The notes under the pieces are model-generated. The model was not told the DNA's origin, searched no databases, and was given only the letters and a program-made list of their open reading frames with translations. From Octopus sinensis (taxonomy: Eukaryota), in assembly GCF_006345805.1 (NCBI RefSeq), contig NC_043005.1:34844001-34908000 (forward strand): a stretch of DNA of 64,000 nt, in the 5' to 3' direction. Positions 26,449 through 38,111 of the stretch are shown piece after piece. Each line of letters opens with the position of its first letter. Within the stretch, counting starts at the first letter, position 1. Position numbers and translations under genes: made by a program.

Positions 26449-26551
26449 CTGAAGTTTTAATGGAAGTTTTTAGTTTAGATCACTTTAAAACAAGTAATTT
26501 GTATCATAGCACCAAAAGCAATCTCAGGTGGGTTGGTACCATAAAGTTTAA
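26449..26551. mobile_element. TTAA-MITE, right half
   Basis: tttagatcactttaaaacaag..tttgtatcatag...ctcaggtgggttggtacc...ttaa continues the consensus broken at 25514. Confidence 0.55.
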
Positions 26552-26689
26552 TGGAAAATTAAATCATCATACTTTTAATTTAGTAAATGAGGAGTTTGCA
26601 GAATAATTTAATGTTTCATCAAGAAGTACTAAGTTTAATTATAATTACCATATCTTTACTCAACTGTCTCATTATTATCACTGTTTCAA

Positions 26690-27090
26690 CCAGCCTGTCA
26701 GATGTTCTTATACACCACTGGTCATAATGTGCTTCCAATTCGTTCTTGATTGCACCCTTTTTTCCCATCTTGGCCCAAATTCTTTAACTGAATCATATTC
26801 CCATTGTTGTAGAGGCCTTCTAAGTGACCTTTTCCAATTTCTTGGATGCCACTCACGAGCTGCATGGGTTCACCTGTTGGCTTCAAACCTTGCAAACTTA
26901 GGCTTTCAGTATTCAACAATCACATCATTCACTCTGCTTCATTTTCATATCACAAAGATATCACTGGCATGAATCTTTCTATCATAGCTTTTTGTGTTGT
27001 AGCCAATCAATGTTTCTCCCTCTTTATAGTGGCCCATGTCTCATTTCCATATAAGTTATTATAACAAGGGATATTTTTCAAACTCTTAAA
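26690..27090 (-). mobile_element. Second, distinct RTE-clade LINE 3' fragment
   Basis: YGNETWAT...LATTQKAM...VIVEY*KPKF...AREWHPRNWKRSLRRPLQQWEYDSVKEFGPRW. Confidence 0.75.
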
Positions 27091-28229
27091 TCTATGCTTC
27101 CAAATCTCCAAAGACATCCTGTTCTAAAGTTTGAAACACCATTAGTTAACTCCAAAACATTCAGCTCACTTAACATAAACACACAAGCAACCATAACTCA
27201 TACAAATGGACAAAGGAACCTCTACATGGTTACTTAAAGACTAAAAATAGCAGCCAAACTTACCTTACCATCTTAAAAAGGGAAGAATGTATGAAAGAAC
27301 ACAGTCCTAGATACATGTGTTTAAATGAAAACAAAGAAGTTGAATATGGCTAAAATGATCTGATCATAGATCAGAACATTTGATGAGGATTAACCAAGGG
27401 CTAAACAACAACAACACTTATAGAATAAAGTACATTTCTGGAGAGAAAGTGTTTAGAACATCCAACAACACTAAGTTGGGAGTTTTCCAAAGTAATTTCT
27501 GCTGACCTACCCATACTTCAACATTGCTGAGATGTTACAACAATACTTTATTATATTCCAGCTTCCCAGAATCAATAGAAACCAATATCTACAGTTACCA
27601 GACTGATAATACTAGAGTACAACTGATATAAAGAGGTATTATTCGTATTATAAAGAGATGGTGGTGGTTGTGGTGTTGGTGTTGATGATGATGATGATGA
27701 GAATGGTGGCAGTAGGAGTAGCTGAAGTAATGATGATTTATAATGGTGATACTGGTAGATGACGAAGTGCCAGTGGTGGTAGTGATGATGATGATGATGA
27801 TAAAGAAAACCCTAGCACAATGGTGATAGTGATGGTGATGAATCATTGATTCAAATGGTTTGGGTACTGTTTGCTGCCACTCACCAGAAGTTCAAAGGTT
27901 TCATTTGATCTCATTAGAAATTTCTAAAACATAATTTTTCTATTTAAAACATTCTCGTTTCCAAATTTCATTTCAAATTTAATTGCAGGATGAATGGAAC
28001 CAACAACAAAATTCTTTCAACTTGTTCTCATAACAAAAGTTTCTTTTTTTTTTTTTAAATGTTTGTTAAACTCATTAAGTTGACAACATTTTATACAATG
28101 ACTTCAACTGTAAACAAACAATTAGAAAATCAGATTTGGTCAAAAAGAAACAAAAACAACATTAATAAGTGACTTCACTTCAATTGGAAAGTTTATTGCA
28201 TTGTGTGTGTGTGTTGACAAATTCTTTAC

Positions 28230-28311
28230 TCCACAATAACCCTTTTATTTCCAACTGGGTGTCACGCAGCTGCACTATCTTAAGTGGGAGGAAAACACCG
28301 CAATATGGCAG
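28230..28311 (-). CDS. Candidate internal exon (82 nt, phase 0 to 1)
   Basis: ctctgtttttctgacag|CTG CCA TAT...TGG A|gtaaag. Only open frame is LPYCGVFLPLKIVQLRDTQLEIKGLLW. Confidence 0.22.
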
Positions 28312-29425
28312 CTGTCAGAAAAACAGAGCAGACTGCCCTATTTCTGAATGATTTTTCAAGTTACCAAAAGTTTAGCATTCCATATTATTGACAGAGATGC
28401 CATCTTTTGGGTAGGAAATTCAAGAACAAAGCCAGTTCTACTGTTACGAAATATAGTTATGATCATCAATTGGAAAGAGTGACTAATGCACAGACAGGCA
28501 TTATTTTCAGATGTTATCAATTAGAGTGACATGTAGAAAGTGTATGCATGAATGCATGCATGTATGCACTTACACACACAAAGAATGACAGAGGAACAAT
28601 GGTCAGCTCCTGAAAAAGACATGGGATGAGAGGAGAGGCAGTCAATCCAGCTGGTATGAATGAATACTAGTTAGGATCCTTAAAGACTTGATTTTAAGGC
28701 CATGTCCTTTGACCCAAAGTGGTTAAGGGGAGCAAATGGCAGCCATTCAAATGGCAGCCCTGACTGCATCCATTCAAGGTGGAGAGAGGAGTGGAAAACA
28801 ATAACAAACAAGAATAGGAATTTGAAAATTATTTTGAACAAGAGAATCGGTCCCAACATTTTAGACTTGGGCAAAAAAGGATATAACCAAATGTACATGT
28901 GAGTAAGAAGTGAGAAATGTAAGAGTAGCACAAAATGATCCTGAATAATTACATCAGGGAGAGAAATCACAGCAAGATGGAGAGAAGGGAACAAGAGATT
29001 GAGAGGGAGGGAGGGAAGGAGAATCAGTTTGTAAAAGAGAGCCACACACACACAAACGGACATTAAAATCTACACACTCCAATGTCTGGCTCACAGACAG
29101 GCTGTCTCCTCACTCTGCTTCTCTACTGCTACTACCTCCCTCCTCCCATCATTGATTTTGTGTCTCCTCCCACACTAAGCCTGTCTCTCAGTCCTTTCTC
29201 TCCAGAATCTGAACATTGGAATTCCCACCCTGTCCATGTTTGTTTGTCCAGCAACCAGCAACTTGCAATTGTTCCAGACGAACATTAGTCACGTCAATCT
29301 CACCAGTCTCAGACTCCACCCCCCCCCACCCTATCCATCTGCCAGACAAAAACCAATAACAACAAAACCAAAAAAAATGCGCATTGATTATTAATTGGTT
29401 TTATGTCCTGTTATTGGATGGTTAC

Positions 29426-29507
29426 CTTATGCAGCCAATGATATGTCGTAGCTTGCTGAGATGGTATAGAGTTTCTGATGATTTGGGATGATTTATGATG
29501 AAGCAGA
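29426..29507 (-). CDS. Candidate internal exon (82 nt)
   Basis: tttccctcccacatgtttacag|...ATAAG|gtaacc. Open frames CFIINHPKSSETLYHLSKLRHIIGCI(R) or LLHHKSSQIIRNSIPSQQATTYHWLHK. Confidence 0.3.
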
Positions 29508-29544
29508 CTGTAAACATGTGGGAGGGAAAGCCAATAACATGACA

Positions 29545-29989
29545 ACGATGATGATGATGATAATGAAGAAGGTGATGGTAATGATGATAATGATGACGGT
29601 GATGATGATGATGGTGATGATGAAGAAGGTGATGGTAATGAAGGTGATGGTAATGATGATAATGATGACGGTGATGATGATGATGATGATAATGAAGAAG
29701 GTGATGGTAATGATGATAATGATGACAGTGATGATGATGATGATGATAATGAAGAAGGTGATGGTAATGATGATAATGATGACAGTGATGATGATGATAA
29801 TGAAGAAGGTGATGGTAATGATGATAATGATGACAGTGATGATGATGATGATGATAATGAAGAAGGTGATGGTAATGATGATAATGATGACAGTGATGAT
29901 GATGATAATGAAGAAGGTGATGGTAATGATGATAATGATGACAGTGATGATGATGATGATATGAAGAAGGTGATGGTATGATGATAATG

Positions 29990-30021
<32 letters not shown>

Positions 30022-30257
30022 GATAATGAAGAAGGTGATGGTAATGATGATAATGATGACAGTGATGATGATGATGATGATGATGGTGATGATGATAATG
30101 ATGATGATGATGATGATAATGAAGAGGTGATGGTATGATGATAATGATGACGGTGATGATGATGATGGTGATGATGATAATGAAGAAGGTGATGGTAATG
30201 ATGATAATGATGACGGTGATGATGATGATGGTGATGATGATAATGATGGTGATGATG
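29545..30257. repeat. (GAT)-derived minisatellite, 48-54 bp unit
   Basis: About 11 copies of aatgaagaaggtgatggtaatgatgataatgatgac(a/g)gt plus (gat)3-5. Confidence 0.95.
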
Positions 30258-30549
30258 TCAAAGTAACCTTATTAGAAATCACAATCACTATATTAGTTTG
30301 TGTTCAAGTAGTTCTATATGATGGTAGGTTACTGCTGATTGACAGGCAGGCAAGAGTGATTGTTTATGTCACATTAACCCTGGACCATTCTTGATCCATC
30401 ACCATTGTGTAACTATATCTTGGATTGTTCACTAAAAATGGTGACTGGTAGTCTTCATAGTGACTCTGACAGAGATAGCTGACAAAGTATATCTAGTAAC
30501 TGCTCAGTAGTAGTTTTAATGAGAAGTTGTGCATTCATGACAGAAATAT

Positions 30550-30765
30550 TAGTTTCAAATTTTGGCACAAGGGCAGTAATTTTTTTGGTGGGGCAGGGGT
30601 AAGTTGATTACATTGACTCCAAAGTTCTGCTGGTACTTATTTTTATTGACCCTGAAAGGATGAAGGGTAAAGTCAACCTCGGTGGAATTTGAACTCAAAA
30701 CATAAAGACAGACGAAATACCACTAAGCATTTTGGCTGGTGTGCCAATGATTCTGCCAGCTTATC
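30550..30765 (-). mobile_element. Family N SINE
   Basis: tttcaaattttggcacaagg...gaaaggatgaagggtaaagtcaacctcggtggaatttgaactca...gattctgccagc. Confidence 0.85.
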
Positions 30766-31139
30766 ATCTTGTTTTTGAGAATAATATTAAAACCGGTTTT
30801 ATATTAGCAAGTAATACTTTTAAAACCAGCCCACCTCTGATTCTATTCATCAAAACCTCTTATCATCATCATCATCATCATTGTTTTAACATTTATTTTT
30901 CCATACCAGCATAGGTCAGACAGAAGGCAGATTTTCTACATCCAGATGCTCTTGCTGTTGCCAACTCTCACCTGTTTCTAGTCAAGGTAATATGTTTCTG
31001 CAGGATATTGGAAATGAATGACACTGCTTGTATGACAGTGTCACTCTTTACAACCACCACACCATGTCAAGACTAGTAAAAAACACAAAGAAACAAACAC
31101 TCACACACACATACATACTCTTTCTCTCTATTTCTCTTT

Positions 31140-31470
31140 CTATCTATCATCATCTGTTTTCCATGCTAGCATGGGATGGATGGTTTGACATGAGCTAGCA
31201 AGCGAGAGGACTGTACTAAACTCAACTCTCAGCTTTAGCATGGTTTCTACAATTGGATGCCCTTCCTAGTGCCAACCACTTTACAGTGTTTACTGAGTAC
31301 TTTTAGCATGGCACCAACAGAGTCACCAAGTAACTTGCAAGACAAAGATCCCTTGGCTTGGATAGGGAGTAGCATTGAGAGAGGTGGCTTTGTGCCAGTT
31401 GATGAGAAGTTGAAAAGTATAATAGAGGGATAGAGATGTCTTGCTATAGAAGAGATGATACACTGCAACA
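31140..31470 (-). mobile_element. RTE-LINE 3' UTR variant (family R)
   Basis: catcatc..ttttccatgctagcatggg...ggatgcccttcctagtgccaaccacttta. Confidence 0.7.
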
Positions 31471-32809
31471 CCAATTAGAAAAGAAAGGAGAGAGAGAGAG
31501 AGATGGTGGTGGTAATGTGTCAGGACACAACTTCAAGGTACTGTGTGTGCGTGGGGGATGAGGGGTAGTTGTTTTTTGGTTTCTATCTACCAAATCCACT
31601 CAGGGTGCCATGCAATGGGGCTGAACCCAATGTCATGTGATTGAGAAGCAAATTTTATAACTACACAACCATACCAGTACATCTTGTATTCATAATGAAA
31701 TTAAACCCTGACCAACACTATTTTATAGAAGAACCTTTTTTAAAGTTATAACCAAGGCAGCAGTACATTTCATTAACGGTTATGAAAGTACAATTAATCA
31801 AGAACTTAATATCACTTCATTTGACCTGAAACTATATCTCTTCTCCTCACCACTTTTCTTTAATTGTCATTTTGAGTTATGTCCCTTGCCTTTGTTTGGC
31901 TTCCTTACAAATTGTTCACCAATGTTTACCTCAATACTGTCATAGAGTTGTCTGATTCAAATTATCATGCATACTACGTTAGCATTTATGTACTTCACTG
32001 TTACTGTCCACTAACAGTGGTAGTTTGACAGTCTATATTATTAAAGTAATACATTTAGCTACCACCAGAAAATCCTCATGATGGAATCAAACATATTCCA
32101 TTGACTTTTTTTCTTGTTTAGATGTCAGCAAATGTTAAAATGATGATGAAGATGACATCCTTCAAGGAACCAAACTATTAAGCCACCAAAACATATCTCC
32201 AAGACTAGCCCTTCACAAAGATGTTACAATCCTCTTCTAGGGCTGATTGGGTTTGCTTGAGATGTTGTTTACAAGCAATAATATTTTAAAGAGGCAGCTG
32301 TGCCATTGTTACCAGGTTTTGAAAAAAGAGAACAATTTGCCTTGGGCTTGATTAGTAATAAGCATTTAATTTACTCAATGCTGCCAATACATGTTTACAC
32401 ATAAGCAGCAGCAGTCTGTCTGTTGTGAGATGATTACAGCAGTTACCATGAATTAGTTGTCAGTAAATGCATTATGTGATCCAGCAAAATTTCATAGGAA
32501 TAAGGACTTTTACACAATGACTGAGGTCACCCCACCTGTCTATACTGCAGCCACCACTGAGACCACCTCACCTGTCTCTACTACAGTTATCACCAGACAC
32601 TTCTGTCCACATATTAACCTCACTGAATAACAACAAGAAAATGGAGGGAAGATGTTGTCAGTGCCATATTACATTTCACATAACTTGTCATTGTGTGACA
32701 GATTGTGTCTTGTGATTTCAGGCTGCACTGGATCTCTTATATGCTTGTTTTATACCTGCAAGAGTGTAAGTATGTGTCAAGTGAGGAGTACAAATGTGTG
32801 TGTGTGTGT

Positions 32810-32855
32810 AAATTTGTGTGTCATTTTTCATAGAAAGCACATAATTTTCTACAGT

Positions 32856-32887
<32 letters not shown>

Positions 32888-32928
32888 TGTGTGTCATTTT
32901 TCATAGAAAGCACATAATTTTCTACAGT

Positions 32929-32960
<32 letters not shown>

Positions 32961-33025
32961 TGTGTGTCATTTTTCATAGAAAGCACATAATTTTCTACAG
33001 TTGTGTGTGTGTGTGTGTGTAAATT
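32810..33025. repeat. Perfect triplication of a 47-bp core plus (GT)n
   Basis: aaatttgtgtgtcatttttcatagaaagcacataattttctacagtt at 32810, 32883 and 32956. Confidence 0.95.
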
Positions 33026-33409
33026 GAACAGAAAGGTATGCAGATATTTTAAAAATAGATTTAGAGAGGTATTGAGTATGAATGTATGTAGAAGTTGAGT
33101 GAAAATATATGTAAATGTTGAGTATGAATATCTAGCTGTACGTGTGTATGTTTCTACCCTTGTTTGTGACATTACAAGATGACAGAAAATGGGTATCATT
33201 GTCATCGTTCATTCAAGCAAGGTTCTTTCTTTTCAGTTTTTCCAGACAAATATGTCAAGCTAAGGGAAAATATTACCTTGTTTGGAAACAGACAGGAGTT
33301 GGCTACAAGAAAGGCATTTAACTGTAGAAAACCTGTCTCAACAAGTTCTATCTAACTCATGCAAGTATAGAAAAGTGGATGTAAAATTATAATAATGTGT
33401 GTTTGTGTG

Positions 33410-33755
33410 TTGAAAGTGAAGGGAAGTACTGAAGGCTGATCTCAAAATGCAGAGTCTTGCAAAAGATATGACAGAGGACCGAGATATGTGGTGCGTTGCT
33501 GATGAAGACCCACCCACCACAACATGATTGAGATCCTAAAACCAAGGTGCCATATAAAAAGCATTGTTGTTGGTGCCATGTAGAAAGCACCCAGTACACT
33601 CTGTAAAATGATTGGCACTAGGAAGAGCATCCAGTCATAGGAACCAAGCCAAAACAGACTTAGAACCTCGTGTGGCCCCTTGCCTTGCCATATCTTGTCA
33701 AGCTGTCCAACGCATTCCAGCAAGGAAAACAGATGTTAAATGTTGATGATGATGT
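33410..33755 (+). mobile_element. RTE LINE ORF end plus 3' UTR
   Basis: EVLKADLKMQSLAKDMTEDRDMW, then aaaagcacccagtacactctgtaaa...aggaagagcatccag...(gat)n. Confidence 0.75.
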
Positions 33756-33789
33756 ACAGGTTGAATATAATGGAGGTAGAGTATAAATA

Positions 33790-34020
33790 TATACTAATTT
33801 TCATCATTTAACATCCCTGTTTCTAAGCTAACATGAGGTAGATGATTTGACATGAACTGCTGAGCCACAAGACTGCACTAAGTTCCAATACTTGCTTTGG
33901 CAAGGTTTCTATAGCTCTTCCTTATGCCAACCACTTCACAGAGTGTACTGAGTGCTTTTTACATGGCACCAGCACTAGTGAAGTCACCAAGCACCTGCAA
34001 GATAAGTCTCTTTGAGTGAA
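33790..34020 (-). mobile_element. RTE 3' UTR variant, inverted relative to 33410 copy
   Basis: catcatttaacatccctg...gccaaccacttcacagagtgtactgagtgctttttacatggcaccagcactagtga. Confidence 0.65.
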
Positions 34021-35052
34021 TAAGGTACAGTATAAAAAGATGGGGTGGAGGGCAGCATAAATATATTGCACAGACTGAGTGCTGTATGAATGTGTGCTAG
34101 GAGAAAATGTCTACAAACATACACCTATTTGCAGTTGCATAAGATTAAAGTTAAGTGTATATATGTGAACAAGTGTGTATATATTTGTGCCTGTGTATAT
34201 GAGTGTGCTTGTGTTTGTGTGTATATTCATGTGTGTTTCTATGCATGTATGAGAGTTTTGTGTAGAGGTGTCTAAGTAATCTTGATTAATGGAGACTATC
34301 AATTAATGTTCTCCTGCTTCGTTTTTTTTTATTTTCATTCTTTTTGGAATGGTAAGTTGTAAAGATATTCATGAGATAGAGATAAGTGCTTTAGTTTCTT
34401 TTTGTTCATTTCCCATTAACACCCAGCTTAAATGCACATGCATGCAGATGCAAATGCACACATAACACATGCACATGCATGCAGATGCAAATGCACACAT
34501 AACACGTGCACATACAGAAGATAATCATAGGTAATTACATTGCAGTACAGACAAACCAAAAATGACATACAGCAGCAATATACATCAAGAAAACATAGAC
34601 ACACATAGAAATATGTATAGTAAAATAAAGAAACATATCCACATAGACACACATGTATACATGAATATCTCATCAGGGATATAAAAAAAATCACAGGTGT
34701 ATAACAGAGACAGGAAATCCTTTACATACACAAAAATATATAAAAACAAGAGAAAACATATTCATACACTGAGACATTACAACATATTCAAATTTACATC
34801 CAACCACACAATAATTAATGAGTAGAGTTGCATAAGTACATGCATTTGTAATATTAAACAACTTCTTTTTCTCCTCTAAATATTAATGAAACTAAATGAT
34901 TATTAAAGTTAAGTTTGGAGAGAGAGAAAAATCAAATATAGAAAAATGTTACAGATCAACAAAATGCACATGTGCAATGTGTGTGTGTGTATATATATAT
35001 GCATATATACATATTATAATATATGCACACACACACACACATATATATATAC

Positions 35053-35340
35053 ACCATCCCTCTGTTTTTTCCGTCCTTGTTTTCGTATACATTTGCTGCT
35101 TTCTTCCAAGGAATCTAGTGCTCTTAGCTTAGTTTTTCTTTGGGGCTAGCTATATTGGAACAATTTCAAGTATAACCAGCCGAAATTGTAAAGATAATCT
35201 GGAACACAACTGAAGAAAGAAAACTCCAAATGACCCGTCCTTGTTTTTTTGTATCATCTGTCTGGATGTTTTGTTGTCCCTTTTTTGTATCATCTGTCTA
35301 GATGTTTTGTGTTCTTGTCCCATTTTTGGTATTCCTTTTT
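35053..35340. repeat. About 290-bp repeat, copy 1 of a direct pair
   Basis: accat..ctctgttttt.c.tccttgttttc.tatacatt...aatctagtgctcttagcttagtttt...ctgaagaaagaaaactccaaatgacc.gtccttgtttt...gtatcatctgtctggatg. Confidence 0.9.
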
Positions 35341-35831
35341 ATATAAATATAGTGGCATACGTACACTTTGGTCTCTCATATGTAAGTCCATACATATATA
35401 TCTAAATTTTGTACGACTATTATTCTTTCAATCTTTCCTTCTTTCTATCAGCCCCTTCACACTTACTTCGTTCTTTCCCCTCTTCTTTCTTTTGTTCCTC
35501 CTCTCTCACATTTCCTAGCTTTCTCTTCATATTCACCTTCCCTCCTCTTTCACTTCACTCTGTCCCACTTCTTTTTTCCTCGCTCCTCCCTAATTCTTCT
35601 ATCCCTCTGCGTCTACCTCTCTCTCTTCTCTCTCCATGTGACTGGTGTTCAACCAAGCCTGACCTTTCTTTCTTGGTTCCACTACCATCTGTGCAACATC
35701 TATATTCCTCCTTGTGCTTGTCATCTCTTCTGTCCTTGCTGTAAGGCTTCACTTCCACACACGCCAGCTTAATTTGATTTGTCTTTAGTCGAAAGACACC
35801 TGTTGTTAATGTCTTTTATTTGTATTTGTAT

Positions 35832-36128
35832 ACCATTTCTCTGTTTTTCCATCCTTGTTTTCATATACATTCACTGCTTTCTTCCAAGTAATCTAGTGCT
35901 CTTAGCTTAGTTTTTTCTTCGGGCTGGCCAGATTGAAGCAATCTTGAATATAACCAGCTGAAATTGCAAAGATAACCTGGAACTTGACTGAAGAAAGAAA
36001 ACTCCAAATGACCTGTCCTTGTTTTCTTTTTTTTGTATCATCTGTCTGGATGTTTTGTTATCCTTTTTTTGTATCATCTAACTGTCTGGATGTTTTGCAT
36101 CCTTGTCTCATTTTTGGTATTCCTTTAT
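35832..36128. repeat. About 290-bp repeat, copy 2 of a direct pair
   Basis: Colinear with 35053-35340, about 780 bp downstream. Confidence 0.9.
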
Positions 36129-36147
36129 ATATATATGTGTGTGTGTG

Positions 36148-36619
36148 AGACTGAGAAGACCCGGCAAATAAAGTGAGACCACAGCTGTAACCTACACCAG
36201 TGTCGCATAACCAGCCCACTTAAAAGTACCTTGGATCATAGGATGACATGCCATTCTTGAGGAGACCTATTGAGTCAAGTACATCCACATCAGCAATATC
36301 AAAATCAAATCAAATAGAAATTGTAGCTGTGAGCCCCGTGCCAGTAGCAGGTAAAAAGCACCATACGAACATGGCCGATGCCAGTGCTGCCTTGACTGGC
36401 TTCCATGCCAGTGGCACGTAAAAAGCACCATCCAATCGCGGTTGATGCCAGCACCTCTGGCCCCCTTGTCCACTACACTCTTGGAGTGGTTGGCGCTAGG
36501 AAGGGCATCCAGCTATAGAAACACTGTCAGATCAGATTGGGGCCTGGTGCAGCCTCCTGGCTTTCCAGATGCCAGTCGAATCGTCCAACCCATGCCAACA
36601 TAGAAAATGAACATTAAAC

Positions 36620-36652
<33 letters not shown>
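36148..36652 (+). mobile_element. RTE LINE ORF end plus complete 3' UTR (longest family R copy)
   Basis: GAG AAG ACC CGG CAA ATA AAG TGA (EKTRQIK*), then the UTR shared with 3505 and a (GAT)n tail. Confidence 0.85.
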
Positions 36653-38057
36653 ATAGTGGATATACACCACCGCCACCAAAAAAATTGCCATTATTTTCTC
36701 TGCCTCATTATTAATGAGACATGGAGAGTATTGATGAGAAAAACTTTTCTTTCTTTATCATGTTGCTGGACAATCATAATTTTGTTAGACTTATTAATTT
36801 GTCTGGACACATTTCCAACCCTCACAGGTTCCCCCAAGAGATGTCCTGCCCCACTTACATACAAGAAACCCTGCTTTAATGAACAGAGTCCAACAATATA
36901 ATCTCAATTACCTATATTATATTTATAATTACCGTGACATAGTTTAAGAGGAGAGTCTGTCTGCAAAGAAATGCTAAGTTATTTTAAAAGCCAATCTTTT
37001 GTCATATTGTCCAACCATGAACTGAATAGATTGTCACTAATTATAGTAATTATCATAATGATTATAACAAAATTAATAACCACAACAGAAATAATTATAA
37101 ATGGTAGACAGAGTTACAATAAATTTGTATTCTAAACAAAAAATTTTCACAGGAATTCAATTCATCTTTACTTGAATTAATGAGAACAGTTTGTAATCAA
37201 TTATGCTATATTAAAAATGCATGCTACATTAAATATGCATTCATATTTTATCTTCATACAATCTACTCCCCACCCCCACCCAAATGCACAAACATTCACA
37301 CCAAAATAATAATCTCTTTCCTAGACATTAATCAATTTTTACAAAAGTGAGAAGGTGCACATCACTGAAAATCCATTACAGCTATTTAGTTTACTGACAA
37401 GAAAGGAACTGAGAGCATTGACAGGCATAACTATACTTACTCAACCTGCTAGAAATAGCAACAAAATCTCCCTCAAGTAACACCTTATTGTCTTAAAAAT
37501 GGAAGATACAGTAGATAATGTAAGTCTTGGATATACTATATGTCAAAAAAAGAAAGAAATGATGGTCATATGTGGAATATCTTTCATCTTAGTTGTACAC
37601 AATGAGAGCTTACCTAGGGTTAAACAACAATAATAATAACTCTAAAGAAATAATAAAAGATAAATTGTACCATGATGTGGGTAGCCCAGGTATCTATAGA
37701 GTGAACAGCTCCAACCTGCAGGATTTGCTCCTACACAAGTTATTATAGGAACCAATTTTTGCCCTAGCATTACAATTGCTTGTTTAGCTACCATAATATG
37801 ATCCAAAGAAAAGAACATCAATACTTCTGAAGCCAACAATGGTACATTCATGCAGTTGCTCAACTGTTAGAACAAGTAGCTAAATCTCTTTCCAATCATG
37901 CCCAAGCATTTTCAGAAAAGAAGTATATGTGGGTTAATGAAGTCTTAAACACTCTCCTGAATTAAAATAAAAATGAAAACAAAAGACAGGATAGTTGTGA
38001 GTGGAATACTTTTGATCACAGGTCTGTTGGATCAGGATAATACTACAGTGTCAATAC

Positions 38058-38111
38058 CTCAAGTTCTAGTCTGATTGCCAAAGTGTAGGTGGAACAGGGT
38101 TCTTTTAATAC
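38058..38111 (-). CDS. Candidate symmetric exon (54 nt, phase 0-0)
   Basis: tttttattttgtgtaattag|GTA TTA...CTT GAG|gtattg. Only open frame is VLKEPCSTYTLAIRLELE. Confidence 0.2.

Noticed and set aside
28700-28900. 66-aa plus ORF ending at an AT|gtgagt donor
   Set aside because: Weak acceptor. WREEW and KRIG could equally be a decayed LINE tail. Not assignable.
29422-30288. 288-aa His/Ile/Ser-rich and 158-aa Met-rich ORFs
   Set aside because: Both are alternative frames of the (GAT/CAT) minisatellite. Composition follows the repeat, not a protein family.
35205-35240. CTGAAGA-aa-GAAA motif in the direct repeats as a hammerhead
   Set aside because: No room for stem II and no stem I pairing.
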